Shown here: positions 26,061-39,934 of the stretch, in pieces
Layout: the number at the start of each line of letters is the position of its first letter
How positions within the stretch are numbered: the first letter of the stretch is position 1
Assembly: GCF_006345805.1 (NCBI RefSeq)
Contig: NC_043020.1
Coordinates: forward strand, 26,722,001 to 26,786,000
Length of the DNA: 64,000 nucleotides
From: Octopus sinensis
Lineage: Eukaryota
Reading direction: 5' to 3'
Position numbers and translations under genes: made by a program
Notes under the pieces: model-generated
Told to the model about the DNA's origin: nothing
What the model saw: the letters and a program-made list of their open reading frames with translations, nothing else
Databases searched by the model: none

Positions 26061-26879
26061 ATTTTCTCTCACTCAACACACACATGCATATACATCCTAT
26101 TTGATGCTTTGTTTCTTCTCCCTCTTCCTTCTTTCATTTCCAAGGTGATGTCTCTGTATGAAACAAGTTTTTCCTTTTCTTTTTGTCTCGTATAATCTAT
26201 GCACTCACGCACACACACACACATACATTTATGTAAGTGCATATAAATATATATGTGTGTGTGTGCATATATTTAGCACATACATACATATATATATATG
26301 CATATGTACATGTGTAAATACATTTATATAGGTATGTATATATATATATATATGCATATATATATATATATATATGTGTGTATATATACATGTATATATT
26401 TATATATATATATAGTATACACATTGTACATACTTATGCATACTTACACATGTACACTCACTGACACACACAGGGCCACATGTTCAGATTGTGCTGTTTA
26501 TCCCCAATTTTTCTGTACATGTTTCACATATTTTTACTGCACTATTTTCCTTTATACACTGCCTATATATATATATATATAGATATATATATTATATATA
26601 TATAATAATGTGGATTATATTTAATATATATACATATATATATATTATCTATGTTATATATATTATATATGTATATATATTATAATTAATATATATATTA
26701 TATATATATTATATATTATATTTAATATATATTTATATTATATTTATAATTATTTTATATATATTATATATGTATATAATTATATTAATTATATATATTA
26801 AGATATTTATATCTTAATTATAATATATTAATTATATATATATATGATATATATAGAATATATATATATGTATATTATG

Positions 26880-26921
<42 letters not shown>

Positions 26922-27884
26922 ATATATTATAATATATTTATATGTATATTATATATATATTATATAATATATTATATAGTAGTAAACTGACATGCAAGCA
27001 TATGAGATGTTTTATTTCAATGGAGCTTAATTTTTTTTTTGTTACATCTTTTCACATCTTGCTTTTAAGTACCCCCCAAATTTCACAACTGCAGCATCAA
27101 CAACAACAACAACTAAACCATTTTACATAGCAAGCAAGCTATTCCAAAACAAAGCACAAAAAGAAATATGCATTTTGTAAATGCCAGTATCGTTCTGTCC
27201 AAGAGAGATCAATTCTTCTTAGAATAATTTTCATAATTATTCTTAAAATTCTTCTTAATTATTTTTCAAAAATTTTTATGGATTTTTTTAAATCAGTTTT
27301 TTTTTCTTTGAGTGCATAATTGCATGTGGTCGTAAAAATTCACACTGCAATTAAATTGTTTCTTGTATTTTTTAAAACAACTTAGAGAATGTGTGTGTGG
27401 GTGTGTGTTTTTGTTGTATATATGTGAGCATATACGTATATATATATGTGTGTGTATATATACATGTATACAATATATATATATATTGTGTATATATACA
27501 TGTATACAATATATTTATATATATATATATATGTATAGTATATGTGCATATGTACATATATATGTATATATATGTATGTGTATATATTATATATATGATA
27601 TATATATCCATATATATATATATAAATATACATATATGCATAATGTTTTACTCTTTTGTCTTTATTTTTATTTAATTTTAATTTGAGAGATTTTCTTTAA
27701 TTTAATATATATCTATAAAATAAAGCTTCCATTTATTTAGTTATTCAAAAAAAAATATTCTATTTTAATTTGCTTCTAAACTAGGTTTAATTTTATATAT
27801 ATATATTTATATATATTTATTTATTTAGATTTTTACTACTTACTTTTGGGGGACTGGAGATGGATATGCTGGTAGTGGTCTAGA

Positions 27885-27942
27885 ATTATTATTATTATTA
27901 TATTATTATTATTAGTAGTAGTATTTTATTATTATTATTATC

Positions 27943-27976
<34 letters not shown>

Positions 27977-27990
27977 CATCATTATTATTA

Positions 27991-28029
<39 letters not shown>

Positions 28030-28075
28030 TACTATTATTATTATTACTATTATTTATTATTATTATTATTATCGT
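27885..28075. repeat. (ATT)n microsatellite
   Basis: Direct inspection. Similar tracts lie at 28840-29030 and 30920-31155. Confidence 0.9.
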
Positions 28076-28084
28076 TGTTGTTAA

Positions 28085-28840
28085 TGCAATGAGCTATCAA
28101 TCGTTAACACACATGGCATATAACTCTTAACAGCATCTTGTCCACCATTTACAAATTCTGCCATGGTTGACGTTGCCTTTCATCCTTTTGAGATCAAGTG
28201 AAATAAATAGTGGTTGAGAGTTAGGGGTCGATGGAAATGACTAGCCCCTCATCACAAATATTAGGCTTTGTGTCTATAGTTGAAAGGATAATTATTATTA
28301 TTACTGCCTACTATTACTACTGCTACAAATATTCTTTTAAAGGTGGCAATTTGGCAGACTCTTTTAGCATGCTGGACAAAATGGTTAGTACCATTTTATC
28401 AGTCTCCATGCTCTAACTTCAGATTCCATCGGGGTTGACTTTGCCTTTCATCCTTTTGGGTGGGTGGGTCAATAAAATAAGTTAGAGCTGAACACTGGAG
28501 GGTCAATATAATCGACTTACCCCCTCCACCAAGTTGCTGGCTTTGTGTCAAAATTTGAAACAATCATCATCATCATCATGATTATTATTATTATTGTCAT
28601 TATTATTATTATTATTATTATTATGACGACCGCGAGCTGGCTGAATTGTTACCATGCCAAGCAAAATGCTTAGCATTATTTCATCTCACTATGTTCTGAG
28701 TTCAAATTCTGCCGAGGATGACTTGGCCTTTCATCCTTTTGTGGTCACTAAATTAAGTACCAGTGGCACACTGGGGTCGATGTAACTGACTCGTCCCCCC
28801 CACCCCAAAATTTTAGTCCTTGTGCCTATAGTAGAAATAA
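28085..28840 (+). mobile_element. Three tandem degenerate Deu/Nin-like SINE copies
   Basis: The gcctttcatccttt...aagtaccag...ggggtcgatgtaa motif is repeated three times. Confidence 0.7.
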
Positions 28841-30324
28841 TAATAATTATTTTTATTATTACTATTATTATTATTATAATTATTATTATTTTATATTATT
28901 ATTACTATTATTATTAGTATTATTATTATTATTTTTATTATTAATTTTTATTATCATTATTATTACTATTATTATTACTACTACTATTATTATTATTATT
29001 ATTATTATTGTTATTATTATTAATATTATTGCTAGTAGTGGTATTCTTACTAAGCTTCATCTACTTCATGTAGGATTATTATATATAAATTTTCATCTAT
29101 GCTTATTTACACCATAAAAAAACATACTCAGTTATGTAAGGTCAGCAAAAGATATTTTACTACACCAATTTACCCTATTTTTATATCCCCATATATAAAC
29201 TAATCCAAGCATAATCCAATACATAAAGTAAGGGAACTCTGATTGTCTCAGTCCACTTGGCTGACAAGAGGTTGAAACAAATTATTAATTATCTCATTGA
29301 CTTATAATAATAGTAAAGGTGAAATGCAACCAGTGTGTGTGTTCTTATTGACACAATGATCCTCCTGAGACACAACAGAATATGTTTCAATACATTTCAT
29401 AGTGAGAATCTAAATGAATACTCTCCATCAAAAATTTCTATCTTAATTTATATCATAAACACCAACATTCTGCTGAAATGTTAATTATTTAATTCACATT
29501 GTTTTGAATTAATCTTGCATTATCTTGTAGCTATCAGATGAAGTAACTAAGATTTTAGGATGATATTGTGGGGCTGGTGTAAGAGGCCACATCTGGCCAG
29601 TTTGAAAATAAAACAGATGGGACATTTTGGCTAAAGGGTTAATGACAGTTATTTTAGTAACCCTTTGGCCTTTAACCCTTTTGTTACCAACCCGGCTAAA
29701 ACCGGCTCTGGCTCTGTAGTACAAATGTCTTGTTTTCAGAATTTTTGAATTAAAATCTTCTGCCAAACCTTAGTCACAATTTATGTTCCCAACTCTAGCT
29801 TAATGATAAATAAGTTATTTTACTAAATTCTTTGTTATATTAGTCATATCTGGCTCAAATATCCTGTTTTGTGTTCAAACAGGTTAGATTTGCTTCTCAT
29901 GTCTGCCCCACAATCTCATTCTAAAAATAAACACCCAGATTATGAAAATCTCAACACTACGAGATAATGCAGGATTAATTCAAAAACAGTGTGAATAGAT
30001 AAGCATTACATTTGGCAGAGGAATCTAGATGCTGAATGGTTAAATTAGTACGGTGCCATTTTAACATATGAGTTAATAATCTTTTTATACTGGAATTTAA
30101 ATCGAGACTTTTATCACCTCTCACTCACAATATCTTTAAGTTCTAGCATAAGGAAAACTAACATAAGAATTAAACAAAAAATAAAGATGGCTTTGTTATC
30201 TTTTGCCCAGCAAGGCCTAACTGAAAACGTGGTGTGGATTATAAGGCTATTATCGCTGAAGATATGCAGCATAATTCCAAAGAGCCAATCTGCAAGGGCA
30301 TTGGTGTTCCTGATAAATAATTAA

Positions 30325-30573
30325 AGGGCACATAAAAAGCACCATCCGTTCGTGGCCGTTTGCCAGCTCTGTCTGGCTCCAGTGCGGGTGGCACGTAAAA
30401 AGCACCCACTACACTCACGGAGTGGTTGGCGTTAGGAAGGGCATCCAGCCGTAGAAACACTGCCAGATTTGACTGGGCCTGATGAAGCCTTCTGGCTTCA
30501 CAGACCCCAGTAGAACCGTCCAACCCATGCTAGCATGGAAAACGGACGCTAAACGACGATGATGATGATGATG
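30325..30573 (+). mobile_element. Retroelement/SINE 3' end with a (GAT)n tail
   Basis: Same family as 7243-7397, and a less diverged copy. Confidence 0.8.
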
Positions 30574-30917
30574 ATAAATAACAAACATAAAATTATGATT
30601 CTTTCTGAAGAATAAGGAGTTTTTTTTTTCCTCCACTTTATGCTTCTTATATTACTAATTATCGTAGCTTGTGACTCCATGCATAGCTTTAAAAAATATG
30701 ACATGAATTTATATTATTTCGATACTCTAAAAATAACAAGTATTATTTGATATTGATAAATGGCCTGGCCTTGCCTTGCGGTATTTGTTACAGCTCTTTA
30801 CTTTCTGAGTTCTGTTCCTGCCAAAGTCAATTATGCCTTTTCTTGTTCTGGGGCTGATATAAACGACTAACCTTCTCCACTCAAAATTGCAGGCCTTGCA
30901 CCTTAAACTGAAATCCA

Positions 30918-30949
<32 letters not shown>

Positions 30950-30976
30950 TTGACATAATATTATTGCTACTACTGC

Positions 30977-31055
<79 letters not shown>

Positions 31056-31457
31056 GTGACATAATGTTGCTACTACTGCTACTATTATTATTATTATTAT
31101 TATTATTATTTTATAATTATCACCACTACTATTACTACTACTTCTACTATTACTACTTTTTTTCATATATATTTATATATATATATATAGCCTTGTGTGT
31201 GTATGTATATATCTATATATATACATATACATATATATGTATATATATATACATATATATATATACATGTGTATATATATATATATATATACATACACAT
31301 ACACACATGTGTACTTAGACATATAATTATATATGTATGTATACATACATATGTCTGTGTGTATGTATGTATATATATGTATATATGAGTATATATATGC
31401 ATATATATATGTATATATGTGTATATATATGTATGTATATATGTATATATATGTATG

Positions 31458-31503
<46 letters not shown>

Positions 31504-31612
31504 ATATATATATATATATATGTATGTATATATGTATATATATATATGTATATATATTATGTATATATATATATATATATATGATATATATGTATATATA
31601 TATATATGTATG

Positions 31613-31643
<31 letters not shown>

Positions 31644-31732
31644 ATATGCATAAGTATGTACACGTTTTTTTTTCCTACTTCTGGTGGCTATAAGCTAAAA
31701 CATTGTGGCTGATGATCTCTTGTTTGAGGTTC

Positions 31733-31908
31733 TGCATGAGTTACAATAAATTTTGCTGCTCTGCCTGCATGTAGTGGGTTTGTTTGGTGACCCATCAGTT
31801 GCATGTCTTACAGGTATGGCAGGGAGTATGCGGCAGACCCCTATTTGGGACACAGTATCGGACCAGTCACCGGATATGGGGTAGGTCTTCCGTTTCAATC
31901 CCAGCATG
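31733..31908 (+). promoter_or_regulatory. Cluster of Rbfox binding elements (U)GCAUG around the 67-nt exon
   Basis: TGCATG at 31733-31738, 31766-31771 and 31800-31805 (8 nt before the exon start), plus GCATG at 31904-31908. All lie in non-microsatellite sequence. Confidence 0.8.
31814..31880 (+). CDS. Rbfox: Rbfox penultimate coding exon YGREYAADPYLGHSIGPVTGYG (probable cassette exon)
   Basis: ttacag acceptor and GTAGGT donor at 31881. 67 nt, phase 2 in, phase 0 out. Matches the conserved YGRVYAADPY motif of Rbfox proteins. Confidence 0.92.
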
Positions 31909-32023
31909 CTTGTGTGCCTTGTCTCTTCACTATTACTTTTTATATACACACATATATATATATTTATATAATATATATTTATATACACATATATATATAT
32001 ATATTTATATAATATATATATAA

Positions 32024-32060
<37 letters not shown>

Positions 32061-32332
32061 TATGTATAGTATATTTTTTTTTCTGCTAGATTAAAAATAT
32101 TGTAGATGTTGTGTTTTAAAGTTTGCTTGCTGCCAACCCATAGCCTAAAATATTTTATATGTATTTAGGTGCTTTTTTCGGAAAGGCATTTAATATTTTC
32201 CAATTTTGTTTTTTTATCTAAAGAAAAAAAAAAAAGAAAAAATACTTTAAGCAAAAGAAAAGAAAAAAAGAAAGAAAAACAATCCAAAATTGGGCAAAAA
32301 TGACCTGAAAATTATTATTATTATTCTCATTA

Positions 32333-32363
<31 letters not shown>

Positions 32364-35000
32364 ATTATTATTATTATTACTATTGTAATCGTATTGTTCT
32401 GTATTTTATCACTGTTTATTGCTGCATTGAATGAAATTGTTTTTCTTATTTCTTTAGTTTCTCATCATCATCATCATCACAATCATCGTCATCACCATCA
32501 TTGCAATCATCATCGTCATCATCATCATCTTTCATCCTTGTCAAAACCAAATTGTTTTCCAATTTTTATGAACAGAAATGATATTATATTCATGTTCTCT
32601 CTCTCTTTCTCATTCTCTCTCTCACTCTCTCTCTCTCCCTTTCTCTCTCTCTCTCCCTCTCTACCTATTTATTTATCTCTATCTCAAAATTTTCAGGTGT
32701 ATTCGTTAAAATGTTTTACTAAAACTTATCTTCATTAACAAAAAAGGAAAAAAAAATTTACTTCTTTCTTTTAAGCCAGCACTATTAATTTTTTACTTCG
32801 TTAATACATGTATATTTATTTTTGGTTAATTAAATCGACTTAGTAAATTATTTTTAGTTCCAAAAATTCAAATTAAGTACAACCAAGAATTAACTATCAT
32901 TTGTAACCTAAGTACAAACCCTCAGAATTATAGATGGTTTCATTATCATATCATCATCAATCCGTTTTTCCATACTGGCATATGTTGGACAGTTTGACAG
33001 GGGCTGAGCAGCTGAAGGGCTGTCCAGACCCCATGTCTGTTTTGGCATAGTTTCTATGGCTGGATGCCCTTCTTAACACCAACTATTGTACAGAATGTAC
33101 CAGGTACTTTTACACCGCACTGGTACGAGTGTTTTGTTTTTTTTATGTGGCACCAACAGAGTTACAGTTCTTCAATAGAATTCGCCTCAATACTTTTTAT
33201 TTACTCTGCCGCCCCAGAATGGTAAAAGACAAAGTTGACTGTGGCAAGGACTGAACTCAAACTGCTGAAAACGATAACGGATTCTTGCAAAGTATTTTGC
33301 TGACCTTCTCACAGTTCTGCCAATCCAGAATACTTTGTCTCTGTTGGGCCAGTGCTAGGAAAACAAATTAGACCTTTAACATCCAGACTATTCTGCTTAA
33401 TTATTCACATTGGTTTGAAAGATTTCAAGCATAACATTGTGGGGTAGATGTGGGAGGCTAGATCTGGTCAGTTTTAACACAAAACAGGTAGAATAGTTTG
33501 ACCAGATACAGGCCAGTATAAACCATGGGTTAAGGTGGGGGTAAAGACAGGTTGACTCTGACTAAGCAGATTTAAGGCCCAGAGGGTTTCCAATCATGAA
33601 CATCCCTTCTAACGCATACTTTAACAAAGACTTCATAATCCAGTATCCCTTTTTGTTGCTTACTTTTTTTGTTTTGTTCTTTTTAACTTTTTAGCCCTCA
33701 GATTAATCTCTCAAATATATTGCTTATTTATTCACATTGTTTTGAATTAATTATGCATTATTCCATGCTTAAAGATTTCGGTGATGCGATTATTTTTAGA
33801 ATGACATTATAGGGTAGATGTAAGAAGCAGGATCTGGCCAGTTTGAACATAAAATGGGCAGAATAGTTTGACCAGATATGGGCCAGTTGAAATGTGAAAG
33901 GGTTAATATTGAATTTTGATGGTAGGTTTTGGCCCTTCAGCATTCAGATTAGTCTGAAATGTAATGCCTATTTATTCACATTGTTTTTAATTAATCATGG
34001 CTTATCTCATAGCTTTGAGATTTCAATGATGTGATTCTTTATTTTTAGAATGACATTGTAGGGTAGGTGTATATATATATATGTATATATATGCGTGCAT
34101 GTATGTTTGTGTTTGTTCCCCTAGCATTGCTTGACAACCGATGCTGGTGTGTTTACGTCCCTGCCACTTAGCGGTTCGGCAAAAGAGACCGGTAGAATAA
34201 GTACAAAGAATAAGTCCCGGGGTCAAGTTGCTCGACTAAAGGCGGTGCTCCAGCATGGCTGCAGTCAAATGACTGAAAGAAGTAAAAGAGTAAAAGAGAG
34301 AGAGTATATGTGTGTGTGTGTGTGAATGTATGTAGTTGCACACTCACACGCATTCATACCGTTGCATATTTTGTTTTGTGTGCATTGAAGTCGAAGGCAT
34401 AACTGCATTATACAACATAAAACTTGTGAATAACCTCATTATTTAATTGAAAGTAAAGGTTTTGATAGTCTCCTACATTTGGTTTGAGGTAACATACATC
34501 ATGGATATCTGTGCTTATACACACACACATTTATTCTTGAATATAAACCATAAAGCATGCATCTAATATGCATTTATATAGATGCATATATATATATATG
34601 TATGTATATATAATATATGTATATAAATTAGAGAAGAACCACCATATATATATATATATATATATATAGCCTTATTAAATATTTATTTTATGCTTTATGT
34701 TTAGTCATAAATTCTAAAACATATATTCTTGTAGGTACCATATTATTATTTTTTTTACTTTGTTGTTATTAATTTAAAATATATACATTATATATTACTG
34801 TTATTTTCTCTAAAATACATTACACTTTATGTATGTGTACACGTGCCTATGTGTGGGAATCAAATTGATGCCCCACATAATAATAATAATAATAATGATA
34901 ATAACAACAATTATTATTATAAAGATACATATATATGTATATACATACATAGATGCACATATATACATACCCTCTGTATACGTACTTCTCATTTGTTTAT

Positions 35001-35070
<70 letters not shown>

Positions 35071-36992
35071 ATGAGACCTTTTTAATATGAAATGCATTTT
35101 TCAAAACACTGAAATAAAACAGTTACCAAATAGTAATAGCAAACAAAAAGGAAAAAAAAGAAATTAAAAACCAAATAATAAAATGTCACAAAATAGAAAT
35201 ATTAACTTTTATTCTACAACCCAAAAACATTAAAATACACCTAAAATCATGATATGGTATGTATATATTGTATGTATATATATAGTATGTATATATATAT
35301 TTATATGTGAGCAGAAACATAAAAATACAGAAAGGGCATTAATGTACAGCTATAACCATTTTCCCACAAAAAAAAAAAAATAAATAAATCCCCAAAATAT
35401 GTAGACTAACAAAAACTTAAAAAATTTTAAAAAGCAACATAGGATTTCAAACTAGGGTATTTTTTATACATTCTATAAAATGTATTAATCTCTTTCTCTC
35501 GCGCTCTCTAACTTTAAAATAAAAAAGTTTTGAAATTAAATATAAAACTATTATATATTTTAGGCTCTGTAAAAAAAAAATAATAAAATAAAAAATAAAA
35601 AGCTAAGAGGTTTCAAGGGAAATTTAGAAAAAAAAAAATTATCAAAAAAGACGGCAAAATATTGGAATAAAAGAGGCTGGGGAATAATTCTGTTTGTTTC
35701 TGATGTAGGAATTTTGAAATTCTTGCACAAACTCTATAAGCAAAGCTGATTTATTCAAATGCCTTTTGGCTCTGAAAGAAAATTGCCCCTCCTCCCACCA
35801 CATTTATGCTCATATGCATAATTATATGCTATTAGAATAAAAACAAATATGCATACATACATGTGAATTTATATATGTGTTTGTGTGAGTGCATATAAAA
35901 ATATATATATATATGTATGTGTGTATGAATATGCACGTCTATATGTATATATATATATATATATGGACTTACAGATATGGTGGTTGTCTGCTCTTTATGT
36001 CTATATCTATATAGGTTATGAGAGGTAATGGTGTCATTGAGACCCAAAGGTGTCAGGTAATGCTGAATAAGTGCTATAGATGGACCATGGTTAAGTTCCA
36101 GGTTTGGTGATTATGCGAATAGGGGTTCAACATTGGTCATATGTCAGCATGTGTATATAACATTTTTTTTTTTAATGAGATAAAAAAAATTCAAGGCAGT
36201 GTAGATTTTTGAACATTTATAGATAGAAGGTCTTACAGCTGTTTCAAGGATATTTATTAATTATCATCGGAGACGGTGTGAGAGGATGGTTAAGAAATAG
36301 TTCATTTAGATAAGATACAAAATAGAGAGTGAGGTGGAGGAAATCTATTTTCTTTTCTTTCCTCCACATCACTCTCTATTTTATAAATGTTCTATCTTTA
36401 AATGTTCTAAAATCTACACTGCCTTGGGTTTTTTTATCTCATTACAAAAAAAAATTATATATTTACAAATATATATATATATATATCATTGCTATTATGC
36501 AAAAGTATTGCAAGTGTGAAAAGCTAAACGCGAAACCGGTCTTTCTCCTGAATTATGTCATTATAAGAGAAAAAAATTTTTTTAATATTCTTCAAAAAAA
36601 TTCTTTAATATTCTTCAGACATATTGATGCAAATATATATTTTTTAACATTTAAGCCTTCTGTAGTTTTTTCACTTTTTACTATTTTCTATATATTCAAC
36701 CACGTGCTTTCACAAACCAACTTTCTTATCTATATATATATATTCATATATATATATAGATATCCTGACACAGAGGTGCCATGCAAAAAGCACTGGCAAC
36801 ATGGTTAGATCAGATCTTAAATTTTTAATCAAAATCTTCAGGTTTTGAGTTCAAACCCTACTAACCTCAACTTTGCTGTTCATCTTTCTGGGATTAACTA
36901 AAAATAATTCCATTTTTAAAATCTCAAAGCCACAAGAAGATAATTCATGATTAATTCAAAACAATGTGAATAAATAAACATTACATTTGACT

Positions 36993-37315
36993 GAGGTGTG
37001 TGGCTCAGTGGTTAGTGCATTCAGCTCATGATCGTAAGGTCATGAGTTCAATTCCTGGTGATGTGTTGTGTCCTTGAGCAAGACACTTATTTTGTATTGC
37101 TCCAGTCTACTCACCTGGCAAAAATGAGTAGTACCTGTAATTCAAAGGGCGGGCCAGGTCACATTCTGTGTCATGCTGAATTTCCCCATGAACTACGTTA
37201 AGGGTACACATGTCTGTGGAGTACTCAGCCACTTGCTTGTTAATTTCACGAGCAGGCTGTTCCATTGATAAAATTAACTGGGACCCATATCAGTATAACC
37301 GAAGAAGGGTCAGTT
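36993..37315 (+). mobile_element. tRNA-derived SINE with Meta-like domain, inserted in a MITE remnant
   Basis: A-box TGGCTCAGTGG, B-box GAGTTCAATTCC and gtgtccttgagcaagacactt. The sequence acatttgac flanks both sides. Confidence 0.8.
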
Positions 37316-38582
37316 TTACATTTGACAAAGTAATTTGAATGCTAACAGGTTAAAAGTTGGTGTGTTAGCAACATTGTTAGATCATATTTTAATATTTGAT
37401 CTGAATCCTTGGGTTTCAAGTTCAAATACTACTGACCCCATACTTTAATGTTCATCTTTCTGGGATCAACTAAATCAAAATATGAATAAAAGTGCTGGGG
37501 CCAATTTACATTAGTAATCCCATCTCCTCAAATCTGTGACCTTGTCTAAGAAATAATTACTATAATTAAAAGCTTTCTTTAATCAACCAATTAGTATTTG
37601 CAAATTTTTGCTGTTGATTTCTACAATTTTTTTGTTTTGTTTTTCTCTTTTTTATTTTCTGTTTTATTATTTTTTTAACTGGCTTTAAATGATATAACCA
37701 AAGAATGCTGGCTGTGTAGAATATATTTTTGTTTTGTTTCTGTTTATTTTTATCTATCAATTATTAATTAATATATATACATATATATATTTAACATTTT
37801 GGCAAGCAAGCAAGCAATGCAATGCAACCTTACAATTTAAATTTTTTGATAATATTCTTTTCTTTTTTGTCTAAGTCTTAAGAACCATATTTATAGTCAT
37901 TCATGTTCACTATTTGTCATCTTAATATAGGCTAATGTGATTATTATTATCATTATTATTATTATCATTATTATTATTATTATTATCATTATTATTAACA
38001 AGAAAATAGCATAAATATTGTGAATTTCAGTTTTGCTAAGCAGCATGACATTATTATTATCATCATCATCATCATCACCCCCATTAATTTTATTATAATT
38101 ATTATTATTATATTATTATTATTAAGGTGGTGAGTGTGCAGAATCATTAGCAGGCCAGTGCTTAGGGGCATTTCGACCGTCCTTACGGTCTGAATTCAAA
38201 TTCTGCCGAGGTTGATTTTGCCTTTCATCCTTTTGAGGTCGATAAATTAAGTACCAGTGAAACACTGGGGTGTCGACGTGATCAATTATTTCTCTCTCAC
38301 CAAATTTCAGGCCATGTGCCTATAGAAGAAAGGATTATTATTATTATTATAATTATTTTTATTATTAAGGTAGCAAGCTGGTAGAGTCGTTAGCAAGCCA
38401 AGCAAAATGTTAGTGGCATTTTGTCCGTCTTTAGATTCTGAGTTCAAATTCTCCTGTGGTCGACTTTGTCTTTCATCCTTTTGAGGTTGATAAAATAAGT
38501 ACCACTTAAGTACTAGGGTCGATGTAATCAACTAGTCCCCTCCCTCCAAATTTCAAGGAGAAAGGATCATTATTATTATTAT

Positions 38583-39030
38583 TGAGTGAGAGAGCAGTGC
38601 ATGCCATCAAAGTATACCCATCATGACTACCCAGCTAATAAGGGTACACCAGGCACATGCATCACAACCATTTGTGCACGGCATAGTGATCTCATATCAA
38701 GATTAACAGCACATGACCCTGCAGGTGGGGCTTAGTTAGAATTTTATTCAGGTCAAGTAGCCCATCCTGACTCAAATGGCCCTTCGATAAGGGTTATTTA
38801 AGGATGTTGAATGAAACACCCATGTTTCCAGAGGTGAATTATCCATACCCCAGAGAATTTCTTTCAACACATGGCTATGATGCTCCCTTACTATTTCTGC
38901 TCATGGTCAGATGCACATATCATTAGCCACCAAGGGACATACTAAACTGGTTAAGGTCAAACAACTGACAAGCAGTTTGTGGTATTGAACAGAATAGTTA
39001 TTGAAGCCAGCTTTTATACCAAGATAAAAC
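38583..39030 (+). mobile_element. Interspersed repeat; an inverted partial copy lies at about 40645-40952
   Basis: gagtgagagagcagtgcatgccatc...catgtttccagaggtgaatt matches the reverse complement of 40680-40952. Confidence 0.7.
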
Positions 39031-39934
39031 ATATACAAATGAACATGTAGACATAGCTGTGTGGTTAGAAGCCTGCTTTCCAACCACTTTGTTCTGGGTT
39101 CAGTCCCATTGCATATCACAATAGGCAAGAATTTTCTACTATAACCCTGGGCTGATCAAAACCTTTTGAGTGGATTCGGTAGATGGAAACTGAAAGAAGC
39201 CTGTTTTGTGTTTGTGTGTGTGTATACACATATATATATTTTTTTTGTCTGCCACTACTGCTTGATATCCTGGGTTTGTGTTTGTCACCTTAATTTAGCA
39301 GTCTGCGAAAACTGATCAATGGAGCAGAATAAGGTCAAGTTTAAAAAAAATTAAGTATTAGAGTTGATTTGCTTGACTAAACCTTTTAAGGTGGTGATCC
39401 AGCATGGCTGCAGTCCAATGATTGAAACCAGTAAAGGATAAAAAAAAAAAGTGATTAGGCATTCATTAGTTTTATTTTTTATTTTCTTCACAGAATTTAG
39501 TTAATTAGATTTTTCTTTTGTTGTCTTTTTTTAAATTATATTCGCTTTTACTTTCATACATCATTTTGCCAACTTATCACTAACAAACTCTGCATTATTT
39601 AATTTGTGTCTGTCTGTGTGTCCCTGCATTTGTGTGTTTTCCTTTTGATTAATTATATTTTTTTTCTTGATTTCCCCATTTGTCTTTCTCTTCTCTACAT
39701 GTCGGTGAGATCGGCAGAATCAGCAGATAGGCAGTAGCAGAGGCGATGGACAAAACACTTCGCAGTGTTTCATTACATCGCTCTTGTTACATCTTCATTT
39801 TCCTACTTTTAAATCAAATCACAATTATTGCCTTTCATCCATCAAAAGGAGATGGTAAAATATAGTACCAGACTGTCGGTTTTCTAAAAGTACTGGGGTT
39901 TTGTGCACCAATGATTAAATTGAGCGATTGAAGT

